In this document: piece after piece, positions 27,849 to 36,641 of the stretch
Numbering within the stretch: position 1 is the first letter of the stretch
Layout: each line of letters begins with the position of its first letter
Virus record (IMG/VR): IMGVR_UViG_3300015606_001334
Location: 224,001-288,000 of that record
Length of the DNA: 64,000 nucleotides
Direction: 5' to 3' (one strand)
From: a virus
Taxonomy: Duplodnaviria > Caudoviricetes
Position numbers and translations under genes: made by a program
The notes under the pieces: generated by a model
Databases searched by the model: none
What the model was told of the DNA's origin: nothing
What the model saw: only the letters and a program-made list of their open reading frames with translations

Positions 27849-29015
27849 ATGCTTCTTTTACGTGAAATGCTCGAAATTACCGAAGACGATTTACTTTGCG
27901 AGGACTTCGGAAATCTAAAGGGAATTGACCCAAATCTGCTTAAGGCCCTTATGAGTCAAGAGTACGTTGGTTCTAAAGGTCCAGGTCAATATCGTTATCG
28001 CGATGTTTTGTCAAAGTCGGCAGGCAAGGCGAGTAATACGTCAGACGTTGAGATAAAGAATTCGAAGACTGTCACTAACGAGTTTCAAAACAATCCAAAA
28101 ACAATTGGTGCAGTCATTTACGATAAGATCAGTGGTAAACAATTCGCAATGATCGGTATCAAGGCTGAAAAGACTTATAAGACCGAACGCAAGATGGGTA
28201 TTGTGGTCAACTACGTCGCCCTATCTGGAGACAACCCAAGACCAGATGACATCAAACATCATCGCAGCTTGGTGTGGGACGAAATAAAGTCGACTGGTGA
28301 AAAGCCAAAGAATTACCTGTCAGCAGAACGCGACTACAAAGATTCTCAAGTAGCAAAGGTCGTCAATCTAGTTCGTAATAGAGCAGATCTTTGGAAGACC
28401 AATGGCAAGACCGTGGATTTGTGCGTAAAGTTCATTTATGCTGACGAAGAACGTCCTAAGTTGAAAAGCGAAAGAGCTTTCAGAAAACAAGGAATTGTTC
28501 CTATCAAGCTAGTAGGAAAAGAACTTAGCGACTTTAAAGAGCGTGCGATCAATGCTTTAAAGCAAAGATTGGACAAATACAAGAGCGAAAAGCTAAAGAA
28601 TGCTGGTGATGGTATCAACATTAAGGATTTTGCTGCTGAAGTCCGTAAAGCTGGCTTCCTTGACAAGTTCAACGTTAATGGTTACATCTACAACTATTAC
28701 GATGATCGCATCAACTTCAGTGCAATGAAGAAGGGCAAGCATAAGCCCGACGAAAACGGATATTCTGACGCATCTTACATTACCTATCGAGTTGATGATA
28801 GCTCTCCTTCATACCAAGAAATGCAAAAGCAATATTGGGAAGAACGCTCTAATATTTCGGCAAACTTCAAAGACGATCCAGAAGCTTTCCATCGCGCTCA
28901 TGATAAGTTGAAGAAGCGTTTGAAGGTTCCACCAACAAGAATCGAGATCCTTCTAGATTTCGAGGGCGGTGCAATTGTTCCTTATGATGTTAAGCTTGAC
29001 TATAGCGGCGTATGA
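27849..29015 (+). CDS. Hypothetical protein, possible internal head protein
   Basis: ATAAATA at 27812..27818; N-terminus MLLLREMLE..LLCE|D. Confidence 0.75.
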   Translation: MLLLREMLEITEDDLLCEDFGNLKGIDPNLLKALMSQEYVGSKGPGQYRYRDVLSKSAGKASNTSDVEIKNSKTVTNEFQNNPKTIGAVIYDKISGKQFAMIGIKAEKTYKTERKMGIVVNYVALSGDNPRPDDIKHHRSLVWDEIKSTGEKPKNYLSAERDYKDSQVAKVVNLVRNRADLWKTNGKTVDLCVKFIYADEERPKLKSERAFRKQGIVPIKLVGKELSDFKERAINALKQRLDKYKSEKLKNAGDGINIKDFAAEVRKAGFLDKFNVNGYIYNYYDDRINFSAMKKGKHKPDENGYSDASYITYRVDDSSPSYQEMQKQYWEERSNISANFKDDPEAFHRAHDKLKKRLKVPPTRIEILLDFEGGAIVPYDVKLDYSGV

Positions 29016-29221
29016 TTTCTGAAAAAGTAGTTCAATGCGTTTGTATGCCTGGTCATACAATAGAAGCGTTGATCAAAAAAGAGAATCGTCATGATGTAAC
29101 TCGAGAAGAGCTCAATGTTCTTCTCGAGAGATTCAACGCAATAAACCCTCCAGTCGTCCCAAAAGCTGGAAACGTGCTCAACATCCCCATTTTACAAAGA
29201 CATCTCAGCGTGATAAAATAA
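29012..29221 (+). CDS. Small LysM-like protein
   Basis: PGHTIEALI...FNAIN...KAGNVLNIP pattern. Confidence 0.5.
   Translation: MISEKVVQCVCMPGHTIEALIKKENRHDVTREELNVLLERFNAINPPVVPKAGNVLNIPILQRHLSVIK
29191..29219 (+). promoter_or_regulatory. Sigma70-like promoter
   Basis: TTTACA-17 bp-TAAAAT. Confidence 0.65.
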
Positions 29222-29250
29222 CAAAGTTCTTGTACTTTGTTAAATTTGAG

Positions 29251-29838
29251 ATGAATATTTTTGCTTTATCTGACGATCCAAAGCAGGCCGCCGAATGGCA
29301 CAATGATCGGCATTTGGTGAAGATGATTACTGAGACGGCTCAAATGCTATCTACTGCTCATCGAGTTTTAGACGGTAAGTCTGTAGTCTTTGGAAAGAAG
29401 AAGAATTTTCTGATCCTGCCATTTGAAGAAATCGTCGTCGACTACGAGAAGAGTACACCCAAAAATTTGGTGTACAAGCTAGAAAATCAAAAAGCAATGT
29501 TGGCTACCCATATCAATCATCCATCGTCTGTATGGATTAGAGAGAATACCGAAAATTATGAGTGGGCAATAAATCTTTGGGATGCCCTTCTTAATGAATG
29601 GCGAAAACGGTATCAACACCAAAAGATTCATGCTTCACAACGATTTCAGGGAACCTTCTGCACCTTTCCGAGAAATCTGCCTGTTGGAAAACGAACTCCA
29701 TTTGCTTTAGCTATGCCTGATCATTACAAGATTTCTGATGATCCTGTAATTTGCTATCGCGAGTACTATAAATTAGGTAAAGCGCATTTAGCGAATTGGA
29801 GAGGAAAAAATGCTCCTCCGTGGTTTTACAATTTTTAA
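29251..29838 (+). CDS. denV: Pyrimidine-dimer DNA glycosylase / endonuclease V family protein
   Basis: MNIF.L, H.D.HLVKMI.E.AQML.TAH, HINHP..W.R..NY.W, YREYY. Confidence 0.7.
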   Translation: MNIFALSDDPKQAAEWHNDRHLVKMITETAQMLSTAHRVLDGKSVVFGKKKNFLILPFEEIVVDYEKSTPKNLVYKLENQKAMLATHINHPSSVWIRENTENYEWAINLWDALLNEWRKRYQHQKIHASQRFQGTFCTFPRNLPVGKRTPFALAMPDHYKISDDPVICYREYYKLGKAHLANWRGKNAPPWFYNF

Positions 29839-29887
29839 ACGATGGTTCCAAAAGAAGCCAGAACAAAAGAGAGAAGGAATAACAAAT

Positions 29888-30103
29888 ATGACACCAGCAC
29901 TCACCCCAGAATACCTGGAATCACTCAAGCAGGAGTACCAATATGTCTCCACATGCTTGAACTATTCAACACAGAAGTTTAAACTACTCACTAACCAGGG
30001 ACTAAACCCCCAGGTACTTCAAGAAGTAAACAACGAGCTAGTCGTAAAGAAGGCTTCGTTGGAAGTTCAGATCTACGCGCTGACAGATTTCTTCTCAGCA
30101 TAA
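29888..30103 (+). CDS. Hypothetical protein
   Basis: AAGGA SD before the ATG at 29888. Confidence 0.6.
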   Translation: MTPALTPEYLESLKQEYQYVSTCLNYSTQKFKLLTNQGLNPQVLQEVNNELVVKKASLEVQIYALTDFFSA

Positions 30104-30106
30104 GAG

Positions 30107-30136
30107 AAAAGGGAGCTTAAAGCTCCCTTTCTTTTT
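30107..30136. terminator. Bidirectional intrinsic terminator
   Basis: AAAGGGAGCT-ta-a-AGCTCCCTTT between convergent genes. Confidence 0.8.
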
Positions 30137-30139
30137 AAG

Positions 30140-30373
30140 TCATTCTGGTATCCACCGTTTCTCGGCGTCGCCATGAATGAAGCACCCTTCAGCACCACAC
30201 CCACAGACTGAAACGTATCGATATCCCTTACGTTTTGGAATCTCTCCACGTTTTTCTCTTGAGTTGAGAACCGCTTCGTCATGCTTGATGATTGCCATGT
30301 CAAGAGCGGTATAGAAACGATGTCCCATACGACCTTCTCGACGATGTTTGATTTTGCTTGTTAGTTTTGCCAT
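30140..30373 (-). CDS. Hypothetical basic protein (CGCG..GC motif)
   Basis: ORF in a tightly packed minus-strand early run. Confidence 0.65.
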   Translation of the reverse strand: MAKLTSKIKHRREGRMGHRFYTALDMAIIKHDEAVLNSREKRGEIPKRKGYRYVSVCGCGAEGCFIHGDAEKRWIPE

Positions 30374-30376
30374 TTT

Positions 30377-30613
30377 CTACCGTTTACGGAATTTGACTTG
30401 GGAATGGTCGTAAGTAAACACAATGTCACCAACACGAACAGGTGCATTGCTGTAATGAATCTCATTCGAGACAGGATCGGGATCTTGACGAAAAACGCCC
30501 TTGATGATGGACCCATTCGCCCCGATTTCGAAGAGTTCCAGCCAACCACGGCATGGATGCTTCAGATATTCATTGTCACTTGAGACGAGAGTGACGTACA
30601 GTTCGTTTGACAT
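30377..30613 (-). CDS. Hypothetical protein
   Basis: AGGAG SD, in operon. Confidence 0.65.
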   Translation of the reverse strand: MSNELYVTLVSSDNEYLKHPCRGWLELFEIGANGSIIKGVFRQDPDPVSNEIHYSNAPVRVGDIVFTYDHSQVKFRKR

Positions 30614-30615
30614 GA

Positions 30616-31047
30616 TTAAAACTCCTGATAGCGTTTGAGAAGGACTTCACGGAATTCAAGAGCTTCAGGACAACGCTCAAGTTCTTCGTCAGTCATTTCA
30701 CGGATTTCAAAGACGCTCTTTCCGCAGCCTGGGAAAAGCTCATCATTTTCAAGTACGTGGCGAATCGTACTTTCGATGGCATTGCTGAAGAAGCAATCTG
30801 CCCAATGGCCTTGGTGACCTTCAAACGTGTCACCATTGTCGACGGTGATCCAGATCGGATTCTTGTTGAGAGCTTCAGCAAGGCTCAAAGCTTCCTTCTC
30901 GCCGAAGGGACCGAACTTCATGACGTTATGGCCAAACTTTGTGCCTTTGTTGATGACATCCCAATGAACGACTACCCATTCAGCAGAGCGCTCGTTCGGC
31001 TCTTCTTCGTGGTAGACTGCTTCGTAGTTATGCTTCATTTTGTTCAC
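30616..31047 (-). CDS. Hypothetical protein
   Basis: ORF in operon; start may be 31038. Confidence 0.7.
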   Translation of the reverse strand: MNKMKHNYEAVYHEEEPNERSAEWVVVHWDVINKGTKFGHNVMKFGPFGEKEALSLAEALNKNPIWITVDNGDTFEGHQGHWADCFFSNAIESTIRHVLENDELFPGCGKSVFEIREMTDEELERCPEALEFREVLLKRYQEF

Positions 31048-31633
31048 CCTTTACGACGAGGACCTTGACTTCCTTGGCACCGAACATTTCCTTCACGCTT
31101 TCGAAATGCTTGGCCATCTCGCTGAGATATGCCTTTTCAGTCTGAGAAATGCTTTCAACGGGAAAGCGATGTGCCATTTCACGGGTAGTAAGTTCCGCAC
31201 CGAACAGTCCGTTGTACATCAGCCATTGAGCGCCCTTTTCGAAGATGAAGAGAACAGAAAGGAACGTGTTTTGAAGTTCCTTGCTTTCACGACGGAGGCG
31301 GAATGCCTTATCGCATTCAAACTGACCACGGTCTTTCCACCATGCACGAACATCAGCGTAGGTGTGACCTTTCTTGTGATAGTTTTCGGAAAGCTTTTGC
31401 AAGCGGCCCAAATCGAAGTCGTCGAGGTCGGAGTATTCGGAGGTCAGTGGCAAATTACCATCAATTGCCAACAGCAAGCGGAAATAGCGATTGCGAGCAG
31501 CATAGAGTTGAGTTTGCCAAAACTCTTCAGGCATGTTGTCGAGGGATTCGATACCAAGAGCTACGCGAACGGCATCAGCATCGATTGCGATAGCGCAAAC
31601 TGAATTCATAAACAATTGCAAACGGTAGTTCAT
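31028..31633 (-). CDS. Hypothetical protein
   Basis: GGAG SD; own promoter at 31663..31691. Confidence 0.7.
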   Translation of the reverse strand: MNYRLQLFMNSVCAIAIDADAVRVALGIESLDNMPEEFWQTQLYAARNRYFRLLLAIDGNLPLTSEYSDLDDFDLGRLQKLSENYHKKGHTYADVRAWWKDRGQFECDKAFRLRRESKELQNTFLSVLFIFEKGAQWLMYNGLFGAELTTREMAHRFPVESISQTEKAYLSEMAKHFESVKEMFGAKEVKVLVVKGEQNEA

Positions 31634-31662
31634 GGTCATCTCCAAGTAATCATCGTAGGTGC

Positions 31663-31691
31663 ATTGTATACCAAAATTTCGGTCTTGTAAA
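31663..31691 (-). promoter_or_regulatory. Sigma70-like early promoter
   Basis: gTTTACA-17 bp-TACAAT on the minus strand. Confidence 0.75.
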
Positions 31692-31694
31692 CTG

Positions 31695-31913
31695 TTAGCG
31701 CTTACCGAAGCTGTTCATTTCGCTCATCTCTTGGAACAACGCGTAGCCTTGCTCGTTGGTCAGATCCTTCACATTAAAAAGGCCCGGGACGATCGTATCT
31801 TTCCAATGATTGGTAGCCGGGCCTGCAAAGTAAACGTAACCCTTACCAGGAAGAATCTCTGCTTCGATGTTGAGCTTCTTCAGTTGCTTGTTGATCTTAG
31901 CCAGCGTGGTCAT
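31695..31913 (-). CDS. Hypothetical protein
   Basis: GGAG SD; own promoter at 31937..31965. Confidence 0.65.
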   Translation of the reverse strand: MTTLAKINKQLKKLNIEAEILPGKGYVYFAGPATNHWKDTIVPGLFNVKDLTNEQGYALFQEMSEMNSFGKR

Positions 31914-31936
31914 GACCATCTCCAAAATTTAGAGAT

Positions 31937-31965
31937 ATTGTAAACTTTCCGGCTACAGTTGTAAA
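31937..31965 (-). promoter_or_regulatory. Sigma70-like early promoter
   Basis: gTTTACA-17 bp-TACAAT on the minus strand. Confidence 0.75.
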
Positions 31966-31967
31966 CT

Positions 31968-32002
31968 TAAAAGGCCCAAGTCATAAACTTTGGGCCTTTC
32001 TT
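31968..32002 (-). terminator. Intrinsic terminator closing the modification cluster
   Basis: AAAGGCCCAA...TTGGGCCTTT inverted repeat. Confidence 0.7.
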
Positions 32003-32113
32003 TTAGAACCTACAACCTATTCGTTCTTCTGTGAAGATTGCCTTGTAAATGTCTGGGAGTGCAAACAGCAAAACGACTCCAACCATTCCTAGCAGGATGT
32101 AAAGAATTGTCAT
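32003..32113 (-). CDS. Small membrane peptide (36 aa)
   Basis: Hand translation MTILYILLGMVGVVLLFALPDIYKAIFTEERIGCRF. Confidence 0.5.
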   Translation of the reverse strand: MTILYILLGMVGVVLLFALPDIYKAIFTEERIGCRF

Positions 32114-32114
32114 G

Positions 32115-33287
32115 TTAGAACTCGATCAACGGTTTGCCATTTGTCCCAGAACCAGGAGCTGTATTAGCAAGCTTTGCTATCTCGATTCGCTTCTCGACCG
32201 CGAGTTCTTTCACTGGCTTTTCTTTCTTTGGCTTATCCTTGGAAGGACGAGCAACCAGGTTCGGGTTAGGACAATCGTTTTCGAGGTCCCAGCGGTAGTA
32301 GAGACGGGCCAAATGGACGGATTGAGGTTTCTCCATTACTTCAAAATCTAGTTCACCCTTATCATTCTTGTAGACGTCAGGATGTAGATAATGGTCCCAC
32401 TTATTGCGATAGCAGATATCGGCGAGGATCGCGTTGAACTGATCGACCAATTCGGTACGTTGACCCCAAGTTCCTGCAAATGGTGTACCTTTGTAGAAAC
32501 CAGTCTTAGGTAGCTTACGAGATTCATTCTCGATCGGCAAGGCAGAAATCAGCTCAACATAATCCATGCCAAGACCTTGAATCTGCTTCTCATACTCCAT
32601 GAGCATGTTACTCAGCGCGATGTCTGGTTTGTCTTGCCGCATGAGATGATGACGAATGTCAATGTTGCCGAAATAGAGAGTCAGCTTCTTGATTTGCGGC
32701 CCGAAAGGATCAATAAACGATTTCAATCCTCGTTTCAATGCTCCATACATGGTTTGCCCGTCATTACGACAGACTGCCATGCCAGGCTTATACATTGAGA
32801 AGGTGTGAGAATCACCAAGAGCGAGATGATCAAGGCCGATATGGTTTGCCATACTCTCTTGAGTCATGAAATCCATCTTAGCACAAGCAGCGGTGATGCC
32901 ATCCCAGTCGGTATTTCGCCAAACGTCAGAGCAAGCTTTGAGTCGTCCCTTACCGAGAGCACCATAGTCGGGCATTGCTCGATCCAAAGAAACCAAAGAG
33001 ATTGGATCAACGCTTAGAAGCCTACCTAGACGTTGAGCAGGCTCATCTTGAGCTCCACCGAACAGGTTAAGAGACTCGCCGTTGAATTCCATTCCATGGT
33101 CTAGGTAGATGAGGTCGTAACCATCCCAAGATTCTTCATTGTGAAGCACCTTGATTTCAACATCGCCTTCACCGAGCTGATTGAAGTAGTGTTTGAGTTG
33201 GTTCGCCCACAAATACGCCCAACCTCCCTTATGGGAAGTAGGACGCGGAGATACCGTACCAACTACTTGGTCAATTGCAATTTTCAT
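32115..33287 (-). CDS. Two-domain protein with SGNH/GDSL-like C-terminal domain, in the DNA-modification cluster
   Basis: ALGDSH (block I), YFGNID (block III), QSVHL (block V); Lys-rich tail ending PLIEF. Confidence 0.55.
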   Translation of the reverse strand: MKIAIDQVVGTVSPRPTSHKGGWAYLWANQLKHYFNQLGEGDVEIKVLHNEESWDGYDLIYLDHGMEFNGESLNLFGGAQDEPAQRLGRLLSVDPISLVSLDRAMPDYGALGKGRLKACSDVWRNTDWDGITAACAKMDFMTQESMANHIGLDHLALGDSHTFSMYKPGMAVCRNDGQTMYGALKRGLKSFIDPFGPQIKKLTLYFGNIDIRHHLMRQDKPDIALSNMLMEYEKQIQGLGMDYVELISALPIENESRKLPKTGFYKGTPFAGTWGQRTELVDQFNAILADICYRNKWDHYLHPDVYKNDKGELDFEVMEKPQSVHLARLYYRWDLENDCPNPNLVARPSKDKPKKEKPVKELAVEKRIEIAKLANTAPGSGTNGKPLIEF

Positions 33288-33409
33288 TTTTCAAATTCTT
33301 TTGCGATTTGAGAAACGACGAACCGATTGGTTTCTTTATTCCGTTTGAGCTCTCTCCAGGTGTCGAAACCAAGAGCAACCACTGCTAGGACAATTGCGCC
33401 AATAAGCAT
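33284..33409 (-). CDS. Small membrane peptide (41 aa)
   Basis: MLIGAIVLAVVALGFDTWRELKRNKETNRFVVSQIAKEFEK; GGAG SD; ATGA-coupled to 33287. Confidence 0.55.
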   Translation of the reverse strand: MLIGAIVLAVVALGFDTWRELKRNKETNRFVVSQIAKEFEK

Positions 33410-33430
33410 CGTTTCATCTCCAAAAAGATT

Positions 33431-33489
33431 ATTATAACACATGTGTTAATCCTGTGAAACTGATAAGTGAAAATTAACACATGTGTTAA
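33431..33489 (-). promoter_or_regulatory. Promoter (TTTCAC-17-TATAAT) overlapped by twin 14-bp palindromes
   Basis: TAACACATGTGTTA at 33435..33448 and 33475..33488. Confidence 0.6.
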
Positions 33490-33491
33490 CG

Positions 33492-34643
33492 TTAGAACAC
33501 AATCAACTGAGAGGCGGGCTTCGCCACCTTATCAACCGATTTTTCGAGTTCAAGTATCGCGCCATCGCAGACAGAATCGTCCTCAAGACGAGCAACCTTA
33601 CGCTTCGAAATGAGATGTGGGTTCTCTTTGAGGTAGCAATAGACACCAAACTGGCATAGAGAAACTTCAGTGGTGTAGACCTTCAGGTCGTCTTGATCGT
33701 CTTCAAAAACCTTTCGACCACCTTCAACTTCAAAGTTGTGGAAGAACTCATGTGAACGAACAGGCTCTTCAAAGATCTTCTCTTGATTCTCGCGGATCCA
33801 GATTGTTAGATCGCCATAAGGCATCTTCTTGATTCGACCACTTGCCTTCAATGGGGCAAAGATTCGATCTAGGGATTCACGAGCGCCAGGACCAGGAGCG
33901 CAGAACTCTTCATCATGGTGGAAAGGTAGAGCATAGTTGACAGAGTTGGAAGTAGCACAGTGATAACCGTAGTACTCACCAATACCTGGCTGAGATGTAA
34001 GAATGTTGAACATTCCCTTCAGCGAATCGACCTCAAGGATCTTCTCAATGGTTCCGTCTTTAGACCAAGAAGCAATCCACTCGAGAATGTCTGTTAGACT
34101 TGCTGCTCGGTTTGGATCATTGTACTTCTTTCTGCAGTAATTTCTTGCGGCAGTCTGAAGCGAAGTGTGTAGTTCTGTAGTTCCGTAGAACTTCTTGCCT
34201 TGTTTTTTAGCAAGCGCACAGTTGGCCTTGATTTGCTCGAGGTAGTCCACATCACTAAACAGTCTAGTGAAGTCGATATGGGCTTTCTTCGGGTCCTTAA
34301 TACCAGAGGTAATTTGATGGATGCCGCGAGCTCCATAAAAGTGCGATATGATTGTGTTTCCAATTTTATTCGTAGCCGAAAGTTGGGAATCAGGAATCGC
34401 GACAATGTTCTCGATAATGTAGCGCATACGATCGTCAGCGGTAATCCACTGACCGAAGTATTCGACATCCTCGGCTAGGGCATCGTCGCCCTTATTGTCG
34501 TATGAATCACGGAGATCGTATTGCTTTTCCCACTTCTCATTAACACGGTGTAGGAAGAACTCATACTTCTCTATTGCTGCGCGATCCAAAAAGTCTCCGT
34601 ATTGGGATCGCACTATGATATTATCGTTCTTTGCGGTTGCCAT
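33492..34643 (-). CDS. Alpha-glutamyl/putrescinyl-thymine pyrophosphorylase-like (amino acid:DNA transferase, HhH fold) DNA hypermodification enzyme
   Basis: HhH-like LTSQPGIGEYYGY, then DEEFCAPGPGARESLDRIF and EVSLCQFG.Y; this is the clade-1 aGPT-Pplase pattern as I recall it. Confidence 0.65.
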   Translation of the reverse strand: MATAKNDNIIVRSQYGDFLDRAAIEKYEFFLHRVNEKWEKQYDLRDSYDNKGDDALAEDVEYFGQWITADDRMRYIIENIVAIPDSQLSATNKIGNTIISHFYGARGIHQITSGIKDPKKAHIDFTRLFSDVDYLEQIKANCALAKKQGKKFYGTTELHTSLQTAARNYCRKKYNDPNRAASLTDILEWIASWSKDGTIEKILEVDSLKGMFNILTSQPGIGEYYGYHCATSNSVNYALPFHHDEEFCAPGPGARESLDRIFAPLKASGRIKKMPYGDLTIWIRENQEKIFEEPVRSHEFFHNFEVEGGRKVFEDDQDDLKVYTTEVSLCQFGVYCYLKENPHLISKRKVARLEDDSVCDGAILELEKSVDKVAKPASQLIVF

Positions 34644-34647
34644 ATTC

Positions 34648-35100
34648 TTATTCTATTGAGGTACCGTTCTTAGTTAGCTTTTCAACCACATCAGCTGGAA
34701 GACTTCCATCTTCAGGCCAAGGGTTTCGAACGTTTTCCTTTTCTGTTAGGGAATGAACGATGTGAACAACTGTAACGCCTTTGATTCCGTAGATGTCAAG
34801 CACTCGTTCGATTTCGGCCTTTTGAATCTCATCGTCTTCAAAGTGCACACCTATATTTACACCGCTCTGAACAAGCTCTTTGATGGTGTAGCCCTTATGG
34901 GTTCCAGAAGATTTACGATCCTTCTTATCAAAAGGAAGCTTGTTGAAGAACACTGCGTTGTTGATGCCCTTGCTACGAAGCATGGCATAGGTTTCACGAG
35001 CTTCTTCGAATGAACGGCCCGTAATTAGAACGTCGTTAGGGCCAGGATAGAGACCAACAGTCACTACACCGTCAATATCAAATGTGTTGATTGTTTTCAT
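34648..35100 (-). CDS. HAD-superfamily phosphatase (capless)
   Basis: FDIDGV (motif I), ITGRS (II), K (III), FEDD (IV). Confidence 0.8.
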   Translation of the reverse strand: MKTINTFDIDGVVTVGLYPGPNDVLITGRSFEEARETYAMLRSKGINNAVFFNKLPFDKKDRKSSGTHKGYTIKELVQSGVNIGVHFEDDEIQKAEIERVLDIYGIKGVTVVHIVHSLTEKENVRNPWPEDGSLPADVVEKLTKNGTSIE

Positions 35101-35213
35101 TTAATCTTACTCCAGATTTGTTGAAAATCTGGAGTGATAATAAAACTCCAACCCTCAGGGACAAACTCAGGATAAATGTGTGATGAGCCGTCACTATGCT
35201 TATAGAATTTCAT
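35097..35213 (-). CDS. 38-aa peptide translationally coupled to the HAD gene
   Basis: MKFYKHSDGSSHIYPEFVPEGWSFIITPDFQQIWSKIK; its stop overlaps the HAD ATG (ATGA). Confidence 0.45.
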   Translation of the reverse strand: MKFYKHSDGSSHIYPEFVPEGWSFIITPDFQQIWSKIK

Positions 35214-35964
35214 TTTTCTTTTTCCTTTTCCAAATGCGTGGTCGACCGTTGAACCCTGAAAAGACTTGTTCGAATTCAGTTCGAATTAAGTCATGGACTC
35301 GTCGAGAAGCAGTCATTCCTGAGACTTCCTTACCGTCGATGAGATATTTATCGAAGTGGCCGTAGTGTTGCGGCGAGCAGAAGCTAGTAGTTTCGACCAA
35401 ATACTGTTCAGCCATTTTCATTAGCTCTAATGTCGGACCCATTGGCTCTTTAAAATGCTCAATCGTTTCAAGGCACACCACAACATCGAAGGTCCATTGC
35501 TTAGGAATATTCGTCAAAGTCTGACAATAACTCCCAGTATGCTTTAGCAAGCGTGAACATGATTCAATTTGTTCTTGAACATCGTTGAATGATGTTACTG
35601 AATTGAATCCCATTCGAATTAAATCGATTGTGGTAAGACCAATCCCATTGTAATAATCTAAGCAGCTAAGATTTTCAACGTTTATTCCTGCTTCCTTGAA
35701 ATACTTCGCCATATTACCAGTGGCAGCACCAGATGATACGACGTAAGTCCAGATACACTCGATCAGGTAGTCCTTATGTTGATACCAACTAAAATCCGTG
35801 AACCCCGAATCATTCCAGATTTTACCCAAATCGGCAGAAAATTGCTTCAATTTACGATTGAATTCACTACCCTTTTCAGAATAGAATTCGAAGTCTTCTA
35901 CGCCAGGAACGGCAGCAGAAATCAGCTCTTTAAAGCTATCAAGTTTGGTTTTCTTAGAAGTCAT
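35200..35964 (-). CDS. Class I SAM-dependent methyltransferase
   Basis: CLDYYNGIGLT motif I and FDVVVCLETIEHF; likely start MTSKK at 35964. Confidence 0.75.
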   Translation of the reverse strand: MTSKKTKLDSFKELISAAVPGVEDFEFYSEKGSEFNRKLKQFSADLGKIWNDSGFTDFSWYQHKDYLIECIWTYVVSSGAATGNMAKYFKEAGINVENLSCLDYYNGIGLTTIDLIRMGFNSVTSFNDVQEQIESCSRLLKHTGSYCQTLTNIPKQWTFDVVVCLETIEHFKEPMGPTLELMKMAEQYLVETTSFCSPQHYGHFDKYLIDGKEVSGMTASRRVHDLIRTEFEQVFSGFNGRPRIWKRKKKNEIL

Positions 35965-36139
35965 CTGGTTGTGGTCCTTTGCAATCTGGACAAGACTGCA
36001 TGAATGGAAGACCTTCATAGTCGATAGTGTTCAATGCTAGCAAACCGCCGTAGTCGTAGCAAGTTTTGCATTGGTACTCTACGCCTTCTTCAGGCTCAAT
36101 GAAAGGTTCCCAAATTGGGTTGTTGTTATCGAAAGTCAT
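35954..36139 (-). CDS. Small Zn-ribbon protein
   Basis: CKTC...CPDCKG; GGGAG SD before the ATG at 36139. Confidence 0.55.
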   Translation of the reverse strand: MTFDNNNPIWEPFIEPEEGVEYQCKTCYDYGGLLALNTIDYEGLPFMQSCPDCKGPQPDDF

Positions 36140-36641
36140 TCTTATACTCCCAATGAAATCCTGCGGCTCTAATTCCGGTCCGAATAGCTCTAGCAATGTT
36201 TGGCGAGTTGACGGCTCTCATTGCATGATTTATACTGTCAAATACTTCGCCAGTCTCTATGCAAATAACCTTCTTAGAAGTCAGGCATCCGTTATCAGCC
36301 GAAATCTTTGCGGACTTTTCAGGATTTTTCTTATGCCAATCATGAAGATTCCGTGTTCCGGTAATTTTTCCAGCAGTTTTACCACCCTTTAGCCCACCTA
36401 ATCGAGGCCCACCTGCTTTTGCGCTATTCTTTCCACCTCTTGAACAAGCTTCCTTATGCGCGTGTTCAGAAAGATTGATCATGTTTAGATATGCAAATCG
36501 TAAACCAAAATGATCCGGAAATTGTTCACACAATAGTCGATGAGCCTCAATATGTTGGTCATATGTTAATTCTACAAGATTGGACGGATCATCAGACCCG
36601 CCCATACATCTTGGAATTATGTGATGCTTATAAAGCTTCAC
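36126..36641 (-). mobile_element. Free-standing HNH homing endonuclease with C-terminal NUMOD1-like domain
   Basis: HHIIPRCMGGSDDPSNLVELT..H..AH.LL; GG..GG repeats; KVICIETGEVFDSI..A; GTGA overlap with the ino1 stop. Confidence 0.8.

Noticed and set aside
33435-33489. Mini CRISPR array
   Set aside because: Only two 15-bp copies with a 25-bp gap and no cas genes; better explained as operators or a hairpin.
36126-36641. Group I intron or intein around the HNH gene
   Set aside because: ino1 is complete and ends at the HNH start; no split gene or flanking non-coding intron sequence.
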